Shown here one piece after another: positions 28,121-36,883 of a DNA stretch of 64,000 nt. The translations under genes and the position numbers were made by a program. The DNA comes from an uncultured Muribaculaceae bacterium (lineage in GTDB: Bacteria > Bacteroidota > Bacteroidia > Bacteroidales > Muribaculaceae): contig CAJUKX010000011.1 of NCBI GenBank assembly GCA_910586975.1, positions 9,520-73,519 of the forward strand, given 5' to 3'. Position 1 is the stretch's first letter; the number at the start of each line of letters is the position of its first letter. The notes beneath the pieces are model-generated. The model was not told the DNA's origin. It did not search any database and saw only the letters and a list, made by a program, of their open reading frames with translations.

Positions 28121-29925
28121 TCGTCGCAATAGTGGCGGAGTACCCTGCGGTAGGAGTTGAAAATCTTGCTCTTGGAGATGAAGCCGTAGTAGTGGCCTGA
28201 TTCGTCTACCACCGGCAGGTTCCACGCGCCGGTCTTGTCAAACTTATGCATCACCGAGTCCATGCTCTCACCTATGAGCAGCTTCTGTGGCGGCATGGTC
28301 ATGAACGATGCCACGTTCATCTTGCGGTACAGGTCGGGACGGAACATGATGTTGCGTATATCATCGAGCTGCACCACGCCCTGCAACTCGCCGGCGGCAT
28401 TGAGCACCGGAAAGAGGTTGCGGTTTGAGCGCGAGATTACATCCACCATTTCCTTAAGGGTCATCTCGGGGCGCACGCTCAGAAATTCGGTTTCGATAAC
28501 CGAGTCCATCTTAAGCAGCGTAAGCACGGTCTTGTCTTTCTGGTGGGTGAGCAGTTTGCCCTCCTTGGCCAGACGCATGGTGTAAATGGAGTATGGCTCG
28601 AAAATCTTGATTGTGCCGTATGATATGGTCGAAACTATGAGCAGGGGCAGGAAGAGCGAATATCCGCCGGTAAGCTCGGCCGTGAGGAAGATTGCCATAA
28701 GCGGGGCGTGCATTACGCCGCTCATCACTCCGGCCATGCCTATCAGCGCGAAGTTCTTGTTGGATATTACAAGGTCGAAGCCAAACATATTGAAGATATA
28801 TGCAAAGAGGAATCCGGCCATGCAGCCTACATAGAGCGACGGCGCGAAAGTACCGCCCACACCTCCGGCACCATTGGTAGATGAGGTGGCAAAGGCTTTC
28901 ATCAGCACTATCATGCCTATATACACCATGATGAACAATGGATTTGTACCGTCGCCGTAGAATATGGAGCCGTCGACTATAGAACGTGCATCTCCGGCCA
29001 GCAGGCCCATTATGGAGTCGTAACCTTCGCCGTAGAGTGGCGGGAAAAAGAATATCAGTCCCGAGAGTATTACACAGCCTATGGAGGTACGCATCCAGGG
29101 ATTTTTCTTGAATCTGCCGAAAAAGTTCTCCATCATGTTCATCACCCTGGTAAAGTAGAGCGAAACCAGTCCGCACACTATACCGAGACCTATGGCCAGG
29201 GGAATCTTGGCCACAGAGAAGTCCTCGCTCTGCACAAAGAAGAATTCAAACGAATATCCGGTGTACATGTAGGCAATTGTGGCCGACGTAATGGCCGAGA
29301 TGAGCAGGGGCATCACCGACACGGTGGTGAGGTCGAGCATAAGCACCTCAAGGGTGAAAAGCATACCGGCAATGGGAGCCTTGAATATACCTGCTATACC
29401 GGCCGCGGCACCGCAGCCCACCAGTATCATCAGTATCTTGGGCGACATCCTGAACATAGAACCGAGATTCGAGCCTATGGCCGACCCCGTATACACTATG
29501 GGACCCTCGGCACCAACCGAACCGCCAAAGCCTATGGTCACCGAGCTTGCCAGCAGCGAAGTGTACATATTGTGGCGCTTAAGACGGCTCTTGTTCTGCG
29601 ATATGGCCCACAGCACGCGCGTGACGCCGTGGCTTATATTGTCCTTCACCACAAAGCGCACATACAGCGCTGTTATCACCACACCCAGTGTGGGCAACAG
29701 TATGTAGAGGTAGTTGCCCGAGTGAAGGTCGATGTGCGATGTGAGGGCATTAGATATGGTGTGTATCAGGAACTTGAGCAGCTGGGCGGCCAGTCCGCCG
29801 AACACGCCTACAAGCAATGCGAGAAATATGAGGAACGTGCGCTCCGAAATATGGTGCTCACGCCACACGATGAATCGCATCAGCAAGTCGTTCAACTTGT
29901 TATTGTGTATATATTTTTGCGACAT
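28117..29925 (-). CDS. ClC family chloride channel / H+ antiporter with CBS domains
   Basis: GSVGAEGP, GGTFAP, C-terminal CBS pair. Confidence 0.93.
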   Translation of the reverse strand: MSQKYIHNNKLNDLLMRFIVWREHHISERTFLIFLALLVGVFGGLAAQLLKFLIHTISNALTSHIDLHSGNYLYILLPTLGVVITALYVRFVVKDNISHGVTRVLWAISQNKSRLKRHNMYTSLLASSVTIGFGGSVGAEGPIVYTGSAIGSNLGSMFRMSPKILMILVGCGAAAGIAGIFKAPIAGMLFTLEVLMLDLTTVSVMPLLISAITSATIAYMYTGYSFEFFFVQSEDFSVAKIPLAIGLGIVCGLVSLYFTRVMNMMENFFGRFKKNPWMRTSIGCVILSGLIFFFPPLYGEGYDSIMGLLAGDARSIVDGSIFYGDGTNPLFIMVYIGMIVLMKAFATSSTNGAGGVGGTFAPSLYVGCMAGFLFAYIFNMFGFDLVISNKNFALIGMAGVMSGVMHAPLMAIFLTAELTGGYSLFLPLLIVSTISYGTIKIFEPYSIYTMRLAKEGKLLTHQKDKTVLTLLKMDSVIETEFLSVRPEMTLKEMVDVISRSNRNLFPVLNAAGELQGVVQLDDIRNIMFRPDLYRKMNVASFMTMPPQKLLIGESMDSVMHKFDKTGAWNLPVVDESGHYYGFISKSKIFNSYRRVLRHYCDD

Positions 29926-30088
29926 AAGTAAGCCGTGGAAAGTAGTTTATATTATATGCGCCGTCTTATGGACAGCAGATTCAATATGATGAAGAGGGAG
30001 CGTACCGTAGCTACGTGACCGATGAAGAGGGTTGAAGATGCGTTCATAAGGCAAGCAGATGATATAAACTATTTTTCATTGATTACTT
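29926..30088 (+). mobile_element. 163-bp palindromic intergenic element, copy B
   Basis: Near-identical to 25914-26077; fills almost the whole gap between the stop at 30091 and the ClC start codon. Confidence 0.75.
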
Positions 30089-30090
30089 AA

Positions 30091-31488
30091 TTATAAGCCT
30101 TTTCCGCCGGCAATGGTGCTGACGGTGTGAAACAGGATTTTAAGGTCCACTCCCAACGATACATTCTCTATATATATGAGGTCGTAGGCCAGACGCTCTA
30201 TCATCTCGTCGACATTTGAGGCATAGCCATACTTGACCATACCGAGCGAGGTGACACCGGGGCGAACCTGATGAATCAACGAATAATACGGCACTCTCTC
30301 CACTATGCGGTCTATGAAGTATTCGCGCTCGGGACGCGGCCCCACCAGCGACATCTCGCCTTTGAGCACATTCCAGAACTGCGGAATCTCGTCGAGCCTA
30401 TACTTGCGCAGAAATGCTCCGATGCGGGTGATACGGGTATCATTCTTGTGGCTCAGTGCCGGGCCATCGCTCTCGGCGCCGTCTACCATGGTGCGGAATT
30501 TGATTATCTTGAACGGTCGCTTGTGCAGCCCTATGCGCTCCTGACGATAGAACACCGGCCCCGGCGAATCGAGCTTCACCATCAGCGATATGGCGGCGTA
30601 TACCGGCGACAGTACGATCAGAGCCAGCCCGGAGAATACGATGTCTGACAGACGCTTAAGATTGATTGTAGAATCGGGGATATTGGCGTTGGTGATATTC
30701 ATCAGCGGCTCGCCGGTGATACTGGTGAGCCTGGTGCGCGACGTTATCAGCTGATACAGGTCGAGCGACAGAAACAGGTCGAGTCCCTTTTTGTAAAGCC
30801 GGGTTATCAAAGCCATGGTAGCCTGCATGCCCTGCGGATGCGGAGTGATTATAATACGCTCGGGGGCAAGCTCGTCGATGGCGGCACTGATGGCTGCATC
30901 GTCGGCATACGGACTCAGCTCGCCAACAATATTGAACTGCGGTATCTCGGCCAGATTGCCTGCCGTGAGCTTGCGACGCATGGCAGCGGTCTGCTCGGGC
31001 GTACCCACTATTACAGAACGGTATATGCCCGGCGAGTGCAGCAAGGCTCTGCGTCTGAACAGATTGATGACCGTACGGCCCAAGAATGGCAGGAACGACA
31101 TGCACGCCCACAACACCAACAGCAGCTCGTAGTTGTGTATGCGGCGGGGCAGATAGTCGTTTATCAGAGTGGCGAAATATATTATAAGTGTGGTTATCAA
31201 GCCTATTGACAGACTGTTGCGCAGGTCGTCGAGACGGCTCTTTACCAACACGTTATTGTAGTAGCCCGATACAGCATACAGCAGTACGTTCATCACCGGA
31301 TACAGCACCAAACCGGCAAGCACATGGCTGTCGAAGAGCCATTGCTCAAAGGGCCGCAGCTCCATCTCGGCCGGGGTAAACACGTAGCGCACGTATGTAA
31401 ATACAAATACACCGGCAAGCGACAGCAGATAGTCGCTGCCCACATAAACCATGCGTAACTTGGTGTTTGCGTTTACCTTTCGTGACAC
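30091..31488 (-). CDS. Polyprenyl-phosphate sugar phosphotransferase (WcaJ/CpsE-like)
   Basis: N-terminal TM helices; KFRTM, RLDEIPQFWNVLKGEMSLVGPRPE. Confidence 0.92.
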   Translation of the reverse strand: MSRKVNANTKLRMVYVGSDYLLSLAGVFVFTYVRYVFTPAEMELRPFEQWLFDSHVLAGLVLYPVMNVLLYAVSGYYNNVLVKSRLDDLRNSLSIGLITTLIIYFATLINDYLPRRIHNYELLLVLWACMSFLPFLGRTVINLFRRRALLHSPGIYRSVIVGTPEQTAAMRRKLTAGNLAEIPQFNIVGELSPYADDAAISAAIDELAPERIIITPHPQGMQATMALITRLYKKGLDLFLSLDLYQLITSRTRLTSITGEPLMNITNANIPDSTINLKRLSDIVFSGLALIVLSPVYAAISLMVKLDSPGPVFYRQERIGLHKRPFKIIKFRTMVDGAESDGPALSHKNDTRITRIGAFLRKYRLDEIPQFWNVLKGEMSLVGPRPEREYFIDRIVERVPYYSLIHQVRPGVTSLGMVKYGYASNVDEMIERLAYDLIYIENVSLGVDLKILFHTVSTIAGGKGL

Positions 31489-31526
31489 GTCCTGATGCTT
31501 GATTGGGTGTTAAGGTTGTAGAGTGA

Positions 31527-32114
31527 TTATTTCCGTATAATCTTGAACAGTCCGCCAGTCGAAATCTTGATTATCGACGAAGCCTTGGCTGCCGGAGCCT
31601 CATCGCGGCGCGATGTGCACACGTAGTCCACGGCATCCTTTATTTCCTGAGAAATAGAGTCGAAATCAAGCGGCGACGGCTCACCGCTCACATTGGCCGA
31701 GGTAGACACCAACGGGCCACGGAAGGCATTGCACAGCGCTGCCGAGAAAGTCTCACGGGTCAATCGCACGCCTATGCTGCCGTCCTCGGCAAGCAGATTT
31801 GGAGCCACTCCCCGACCGCGGTCGAATATTACGGTGACAGGATCCACGGCCACATCAATCAGCTGCTCGGCCACCTCGGGCACTTCCTCAACTGTAGAAT
31901 CGAGCATGGCCATTGAACCCACCAGAGTTATCAGGGCTTTGGAATCGGCGCGGCGCTTTATTTCATATACACGTTTTACGGCCTCGGCATTGCGGGCATC
32001 ACAACCAATACCCCATATAGTGTCGGTAGGATACAGTATCACACCTCCGCGGCGAAGCACCTCCACCGCGCGACCTATATCCTGACGCATGGAGTCGTCG
32101 AGCTGTACTTTCAT
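31527..32114 (-). CDS. tsaC: L-threonylcarbamoyladenylate synthase (Sua5/YrdC)
   Basis: YPTDTIWGIGC, IKRR, STSANVSG. Confidence 0.93.
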   Translation of the reverse strand: MKVQLDDSMRQDIGRAVEVLRRGGVILYPTDTIWGIGCDARNAEAVKRVYEIKRRADSKALITLVGSMAMLDSTVEEVPEVAEQLIDVAVDPVTVIFDRGRGVAPNLLAEDGSIGVRLTRETFSAALCNAFRGPLVSTSANVSGEPSPLDFDSISQEIKDAVDYVCTSRRDEAPAAKASSIIKISTGGLFKIIRK

Positions 32115-32806
32115 AGGAGTGATTTGGGTTTTGTTGCCTGAAATTCTTTGAGATACAAGGGCGTGGAATATGCGAGGTCAATAAACTCGCGACGGGCAAA
32201 ATTGCGCTCGGCCAGCGCCACCATATCCACTGCCAGGGGCACTACATCGGGCACGAACACCGCATTAGGCGCTTTGATTACATCGGCTGCCTTGGCCGAA
32301 CCGTCGCCGAAAAACAGCACCTGACGACCTGTAGCCAGCAACTCAGAGTACGAATCAGCGTCAAGAATCAGCGGACCGGGGGTCATAAGTTCATTCAACC
32401 CGAAATCGTAAGCGGCGGTAAACACTTCCATACGGCGGGCATCAATCATGGGAACCAATATCGACTCCGGATCCACATCATCGGTGGAGAACATGACACG
32501 TGTAGCCATCAGTTCGAGGGTATTGACTCCTATCAAGGGAATATCGAGAGCGTATGCCAGGCCCTTGGCCTCGCTGAGTCCTATACGCAGACCGGTGTAG
32601 CTGCCCGGGCCAAGGCTCACGGCCACCGCATCGAGCTTAAGCTCACGTTCCGCGATGAAATCAAGACATTTCTTAATAAATCCACTTAGCAACGCAGCAT
32701 GATTGCGACCGTTGAAATCCTCGTCATGACACAGAATCATGCCCTCGGCAGTCACGGCCGCCGAACATACGGCAGTGGTGGTATCAATATTTAAAATTAC
32801 AGCCAT
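32111..32806 (-). CDS. tsaB: t6A complex dimerization subunit TsaB
   Basis: GPGSYTGLRIG, IDARRMEV. Confidence 0.95.
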   Translation of the reverse strand: MAVILNIDTTTAVCSAAVTAEGMILCHDEDFNGRNHAALLSGFIKKCLDFIAERELKLDAVAVSLGPGSYTGLRIGLSEAKGLAYALDIPLIGVNTLELMATRVMFSTDDVDPESILVPMIDARRMEVFTAAYDFGLNELMTPGPLILDADSYSELLATGRQVLFFGDGSAKAADVIKAPNAVFVPDVVPLAVDMVALAERNFARREFIDLAYSTPLYLKEFQATKPKSLL

Positions 32807-32879
32807 ATTTTGTTTAATAAGCTCTTAAGGCATATTTATGGCAAATTTAAGCAATTTTTCTCAAATAGTAAAATAAGAA

Positions 32880-34349
32880 TCAGAACTGAAAGTAGATGAA
32901 CGGCATCACATCAGAGCTGCGCAGCTCTACTACGCACTGTATGGTGAGCAGAAACAGCAGCAGTTTCACTATCCAGGGGGTGCGTACAAACCACATCGCG
33001 GCCCTGTTCCAGAAACCCGCCGGCAGACAGTGCGATATTACTATAAGGGCCATCAGTATCAGCCACAGCGTGCGGGCTGCCGCAAATGGCGCCGCATAAG
33101 CTATGTCGAAATCGGTAAACACGCGCCCTATTATAGTAATCGCCGCCGTGGCGCTGTCGGCTCTGAAAAACACCCACAGCGCGGCCACAAAGCTCATTGT
33201 AACCAACCAGCACAGAGCCTTTACCGGCCATGAATTGCCCAAACGGTCCATATAGGGCTTGCCGGCCTTGTGCACCGCAAGTCCGGCGCCGTGCATTGCT
33301 CCCCAGAATACAAACCGCCAAGCCGCCCCGTGCCACAAGCCGCCTATGAGCATGGTGGCGAAGTTATTGACGTATGTGCGGGCAGTGCCGCGGCGGTTGC
33401 CTCCGAGCGGAATGTAAACGTAGTCCCTTAGCCACATCGACAGCGATATATGCCACCTCCGCCAGAAGTCGGTAAGATTTTGCGATTTATACGGAAAGTT
33501 GAAATTTCGGGCAAGCCTGAATCCCATTATCAGCGCTATGCCTATGGCCATGTCTGAATAGCCCGAAAAGTCGCAGTAAATCTGCATCGTATAGCCCATT
33601 ATGCCCATCAAGGTCTCGAACCCTGAATAAGTTCCCGGGCTATCAAATATAAGATCGTTGTACTGAGCTATGTAGTCGGCTATTATCGCCTTTTTTATTA
33701 CCCCGAGCATTATCATCCACAGTCCTACCCATATCTCGCGACGCGTGGCATGGTGCGGTTTTTCGAGCTGCGGCAGGAAATAGTCGGCCCTGACAATGGG
33801 GCCGGCAACCAATGCCGGAAAAAATGATAGGAAAAACGCATACTCGAGCCAGGTGGATGTGGGTTTCACCCTACCCTTGTAAACATCTATTATATAAGAT
33901 ATTGACTGAAATGTATAGAACGATATGCCTACCGGAAGTATGAGGTCGAGCGGCTGAAAATTGCCGGCCACCATAGCGTTGATATTCCACAAAAAGAAGT
34001 TGGCATACTTGAAGTAGCAGAGTATGCCGAGCGATGTAGCCAGTGATATGCCTGCACATACGCGCCGGGCAGTACGGGTGCGCAAGCGCACCAGCAGCCT
34101 CGACAGCCCCCAGTCGACCAGCGAGGTCATCAACAGCAGCATCACAAACAGTCCGCTTGATTTGTAATAGAAATACAGACTGAAGGCAACCACAAAAGCT
34201 ACCATCTGCAATCGTCGCCCGCGCAGCAGCGCATATAAAGGCAGAAACACCATGAACAGCGCCCAGAACGTGCCCGATGAAAACAACATCGGTTCGCCCG
34301 GCGAGTACGACAGGTGATGGCCTATATTATGCAGAAATTCAGTAAGCAT
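32880..34349 (-). CDS. MBOAT family O-acyltransferase (AlgI/PatA-like)
   Basis: LPVGISFYTFQ, DFSGYSDMAIG, FWRRWHISLS, GLWHGA. Confidence 0.93.
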   Translation of the reverse strand: MLTEFLHNIGHHLSYSPGEPMLFSSGTFWALFMVFLPLYALLRGRRLQMVAFVVAFSLYFYYKSSGLFVMLLLMTSLVDWGLSRLLVRLRTRTARRVCAGISLATSLGILCYFKYANFFLWNINAMVAGNFQPLDLILPVGISFYTFQSISYIIDVYKGRVKPTSTWLEYAFFLSFFPALVAGPIVRADYFLPQLEKPHHATRREIWVGLWMIMLGVIKKAIIADYIAQYNDLIFDSPGTYSGFETLMGIMGYTMQIYCDFSGYSDMAIGIALIMGFRLARNFNFPYKSQNLTDFWRRWHISLSMWLRDYVYIPLGGNRRGTARTYVNNFATMLIGGLWHGAAWRFVFWGAMHGAGLAVHKAGKPYMDRLGNSWPVKALCWLVTMSFVAALWVFFRADSATAAITIIGRVFTDFDIAYAAPFAAARTLWLILMALIVISHCLPAGFWNRAAMWFVRTPWIVKLLLFLLTIQCVVELRSSDVMPFIYFQF

Positions 34350-34364
34350 ATATGATGAATATGG

Positions 34365-35180
34365 TTATTGCTCTCCGGGCTGATGTACAAAAACGCGGTG
34401 CGCCTTGTCACTTGCCTTGGCGGGAATTTCGAGCCTTATGGGATGCGCGCAGTCGGTAGCCATCCATCTCACCACCGAGTCCATCCATTGCGCGGCCGAC
34501 TCGCGGGTGGGATGAGCGCCATCCTTGCCGCGGCTGAAGGTCATGCCGTTGCTCATGAAAAACGCACCCGGCGCGGTGTTGGCCGATATGAGTTCGTTGA
34601 TGCCGGTATCGGGTTTCCAATTGGGCGGCCCTATCCATACGTAGGGTATATCGCCTATCTCGCTTACGATGGTCTTTACGTGCTTGTCGCGCTTGGCAGC
34701 TATATCCTTCACAAACAATTCGTTTGCTCCAAGACAGATAAACAGATAGTCGGGATTGAGTCGCTGAATATAACTCTTGAGTTTGCCCGATTTACCCCAT
34801 ATTTCTGATGTAGAGCTGTACCATATCACAGCATACAGCTTATGGCCGTTGTGGCGGGCGTAGGCGGCCAGTCGCGGATAAAGGCCGTCGAGCATAGAAT
34901 CGCCAATGAACAGTATGGTCTTTGAGGTCGTGTCTACAGGTACAACCATACGTGCTGAATCCTGCTGCAATGCGCTGTCGTTTACCATAGCTGCAGCATG
35001 AATCTCGGGCGAGGCCTGAAGCTTACCTTCATCAGCGGTTTTTGAAAACGCAGCCGCAATACCCGAATCCTTCAGCTCATAGCCAAACAGAGACACGGGA
35101 CTGTGGACCGAAACCGCCACTACCGCAGCAAAGGCTACGGCAAGCAGTGTCCAAAGCGGCAGGTAGTTTTTCCATCTCAT
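34365..35180 (-). CDS. SGNH/GDSL-family protein (probable periplasmic O-acetyltransferase partner)
   Basis: FIGDSM, LGANE, DGAH; N-terminal membrane anchor. Confidence 0.8.
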   Translation of the reverse strand: MRWKNYLPLWTLLAVAFAAVVAVSVHSPVSLFGYELKDSGIAAAFSKTADEGKLQASPEIHAAAMVNDSALQQDSARMVVPVDTTSKTILFIGDSMLDGLYPRLAAYARHNGHKLYAVIWYSSTSEIWGKSGKLKSYIQRLNPDYLFICLGANELFVKDIAAKRDKHVKTIVSEIGDIPYVWIGPPNWKPDTGINELISANTAPGAFFMSNGMTFSRGKDGAHPTRESAAQWMDSVVRWMATDCAHPIRLEIPAKASDKAHRVFVHQPGEQ

Positions 35181-35689
35181 AGGCTCACCACCATGTATTC
35201 GCCCGAACGACCCGGCCCTACATGGTAAACCTGCAGGCTGAATCCGTCCTCGGCTGCCGGGCCTGAGATTGGATGACCCGGACTTTCAAAAATATAGTAG
35301 CGGCTGTGACACTTGGGACACTCGGCCTCATTATTCTCATTGACAAACACCCTTACGTCTGAGCGACACTCTACCGGACATGCAAGATCGTATGCCACGG
35401 GCTGCGCCGTATAAGTCGTACACAACAGTATACCTCCCAGGCCGGTGCTCGACATAGCCGTGTAGGGGAATCCTGAGGGCAACTTTTCCTGCAATATGAA
35501 GCGTTTGTGCTGTCCTGCACCGCTCACGCCATAGAAGTTCCAGTCGCCCACGGTAAGAAATGTGACATTGACGTAAGCCACGTGCAGGCGGTGACTGTCT
35601 ATATGATGACAAGAATAAGACGCCATGGCAAGTGTTATAAAAACAGATGCCACGGCGAATAGTCGTATTAAAGGAGAGAAGAATTTCAT
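35177..35689 (-). CDS. Lipoprotein with Rieske-like Cys motifs
   Basis: Lipobox-like ASYSC; AYDLACPVE...AECPKCHS. Confidence 0.65.
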   Translation of the reverse strand: MKFFSPLIRLFAVASVFITLAMASYSCHHIDSHRLHVAYVNVTFLTVGDWNFYGVSGAGQHKRFILQEKLPSGFPYTAMSSTGLGGILLCTTYTAQPVAYDLACPVECRSDVRVFVNENNEAECPKCHSRYYIFESPGHPISGPAAEDGFSLQVYHVGPGRSGEYMVVSL

Positions 35690-35707
35690 AAGTAATTAAT
35701 TACTTAA

Positions 35708-36121
35708 TTATAAAAGTCGTCCCATCAGACCGCCGAACTGGTCAACAGCCTTCTGCAGAGAGCCGCCTACCATAGACTTGAGGAAGGGCGGAATGTCTAC
35801 ATCCATAGCTGCGGTAAGTTCTGTGGAGTCGGCCGACAGAGCTTTAAGATTGATGAGCAGATCCATCTTGGCGGGGGCGTTTACGGCTGTAAATACCACA
35901 CGCTCGGGGCTGCGCTCGGTAATCTTGAGTGTGATGTTGCCTACCTGCTGAGTCTTGAGGATTATTGAATCCTGAGTAAGCTCAACATCTCCTATTTTGG
36001 CACGCTCGTCGGCAGGCACCTTGTCGATTACTGCCTGAAGGCGTGTGAGATCAGAGAACTTATCGAGTATAGTATCAACGGCTGAGTTGATTACAACCGG
36101 CTTTGAAGTGAATGTCACCAT
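35708..36121 (-). CDS. SRPBCC/CoxG-like hypothetical protein
   Basis: 137 aa immediately downstream of pyrE; START-like alpha/beta pattern ending in a long helix. Confidence 0.6.
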   Translation of the reverse strand: MVTFTSKPVVINSAVDTILDKFSDLTRLQAVIDKVPADERAKIGDVELTQDSIILKTQQVGNITLKITERSPERVVFTAVNAPAKMDLLINLKALSADSTELTAAMDVDIPPFLKSMVGGSLQKAVDQFGGLMGRLL

Positions 36122-36123
36122 TA

Positions 36124-36771
36124 TTATTCAGAGATTTTACCTTTAGCCCAGTTGGCGGGGTCGCGACGCCATTCCTGCAGGGTCTTGACATCCGATTCCT
36201 GGATATAGTTTGTATCAAGAGCAGCTTCGATCATAGCGTTGTAGTTGCTCAGAGCCACGAGTTTAACACCGGCAGCGCGGAAGTTTTCTTCTGCGATGGG
36301 GAAACCGTAGGTAAAGAGCGAAACCATACCAAGCACTTCGCCGCCGGCAGCGCGTACAGCTTCTACAGCCTTAAGCGATGATTTGCCTGTAGAGATGAGG
36401 TCTTCGATTACCACTACCTTCTGACCGGGTTTCAGATTGCCCTCGATCATATTTTCAAGACCGTGATCCTTGGGAGTGGAACGGATATATACGTAGGGCA
36501 GACCGAGCTCATCGGCAACAAGTGCGCCCTGTGCGATAGCACCTGTAGCTACACCGGCTACAACTTCAACATCACTGAACTGTTCAAGTATCACACGCGA
36601 AAGCTCAATCTTGATGAACGAGCGGATATCAGGATACGAGAGTGCCTTTCTGTGATCGGTATAGATAGGTGAGCTCCAACCTGATGCCCATGTAAAGGGA
36701 TTATCGACCTGAAGAATTATAGAACTGATTTTCAAAAGCTTTTCTGCCAGCAGACGTTCAACCTTTTTCAT
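36124..36771 (-). CDS. pyrE: Orotate phosphoribosyltransferase
   Basis: FTWASGWSSPIY, PRPP motif VVVIEDLISTGKSS; ATG 36771 preferred. Confidence 0.96.
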   Translation of the reverse strand: MKKVERLLAEKLLKISSIILQVDNPFTWASGWSSPIYTDHRKALSYPDIRSFIKIELSRVILEQFSDVEVVAGVATGAIAQGALVADELGLPYVYIRSTPKDHGLENMIEGNLKPGQKVVVIEDLISTGKSSLKAVEAVRAAGGEVLGMVSLFTYGFPIAEENFRAAGVKLVALSNYNAMIEAALDTNYIQESDVKTLQEWRRDPANWAKGKISE

Positions 36772-36798
36772 TTTAATTGGTATTATATAGATTTTGCG

Positions 36799-36806
36799 CA
36801 AAGTTA
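36799..36806 (-). promoter_or_regulatory. -7 promoter element for the pyrE operon
   Basis: TAACTTTG on the minus strand. Confidence 0.6.
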
Positions 36807-36827
36807 CGAAAAATCAGCGAATAAAAC

Positions 36828-36868
36828 AGCATGTGCCCCGGAAAATAAGCTCCGGGGCACATGCTTTT
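36828..36868 (-). terminator. Intrinsic terminator of the RND operon
   Basis: AGCATGTGCCCCGGA / TCCGGGGCACATGCT perfect stem with A/T tracts on both sides. Confidence 0.85.
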
Positions 36869-36883
36869 ATCGTGATATGCTCT

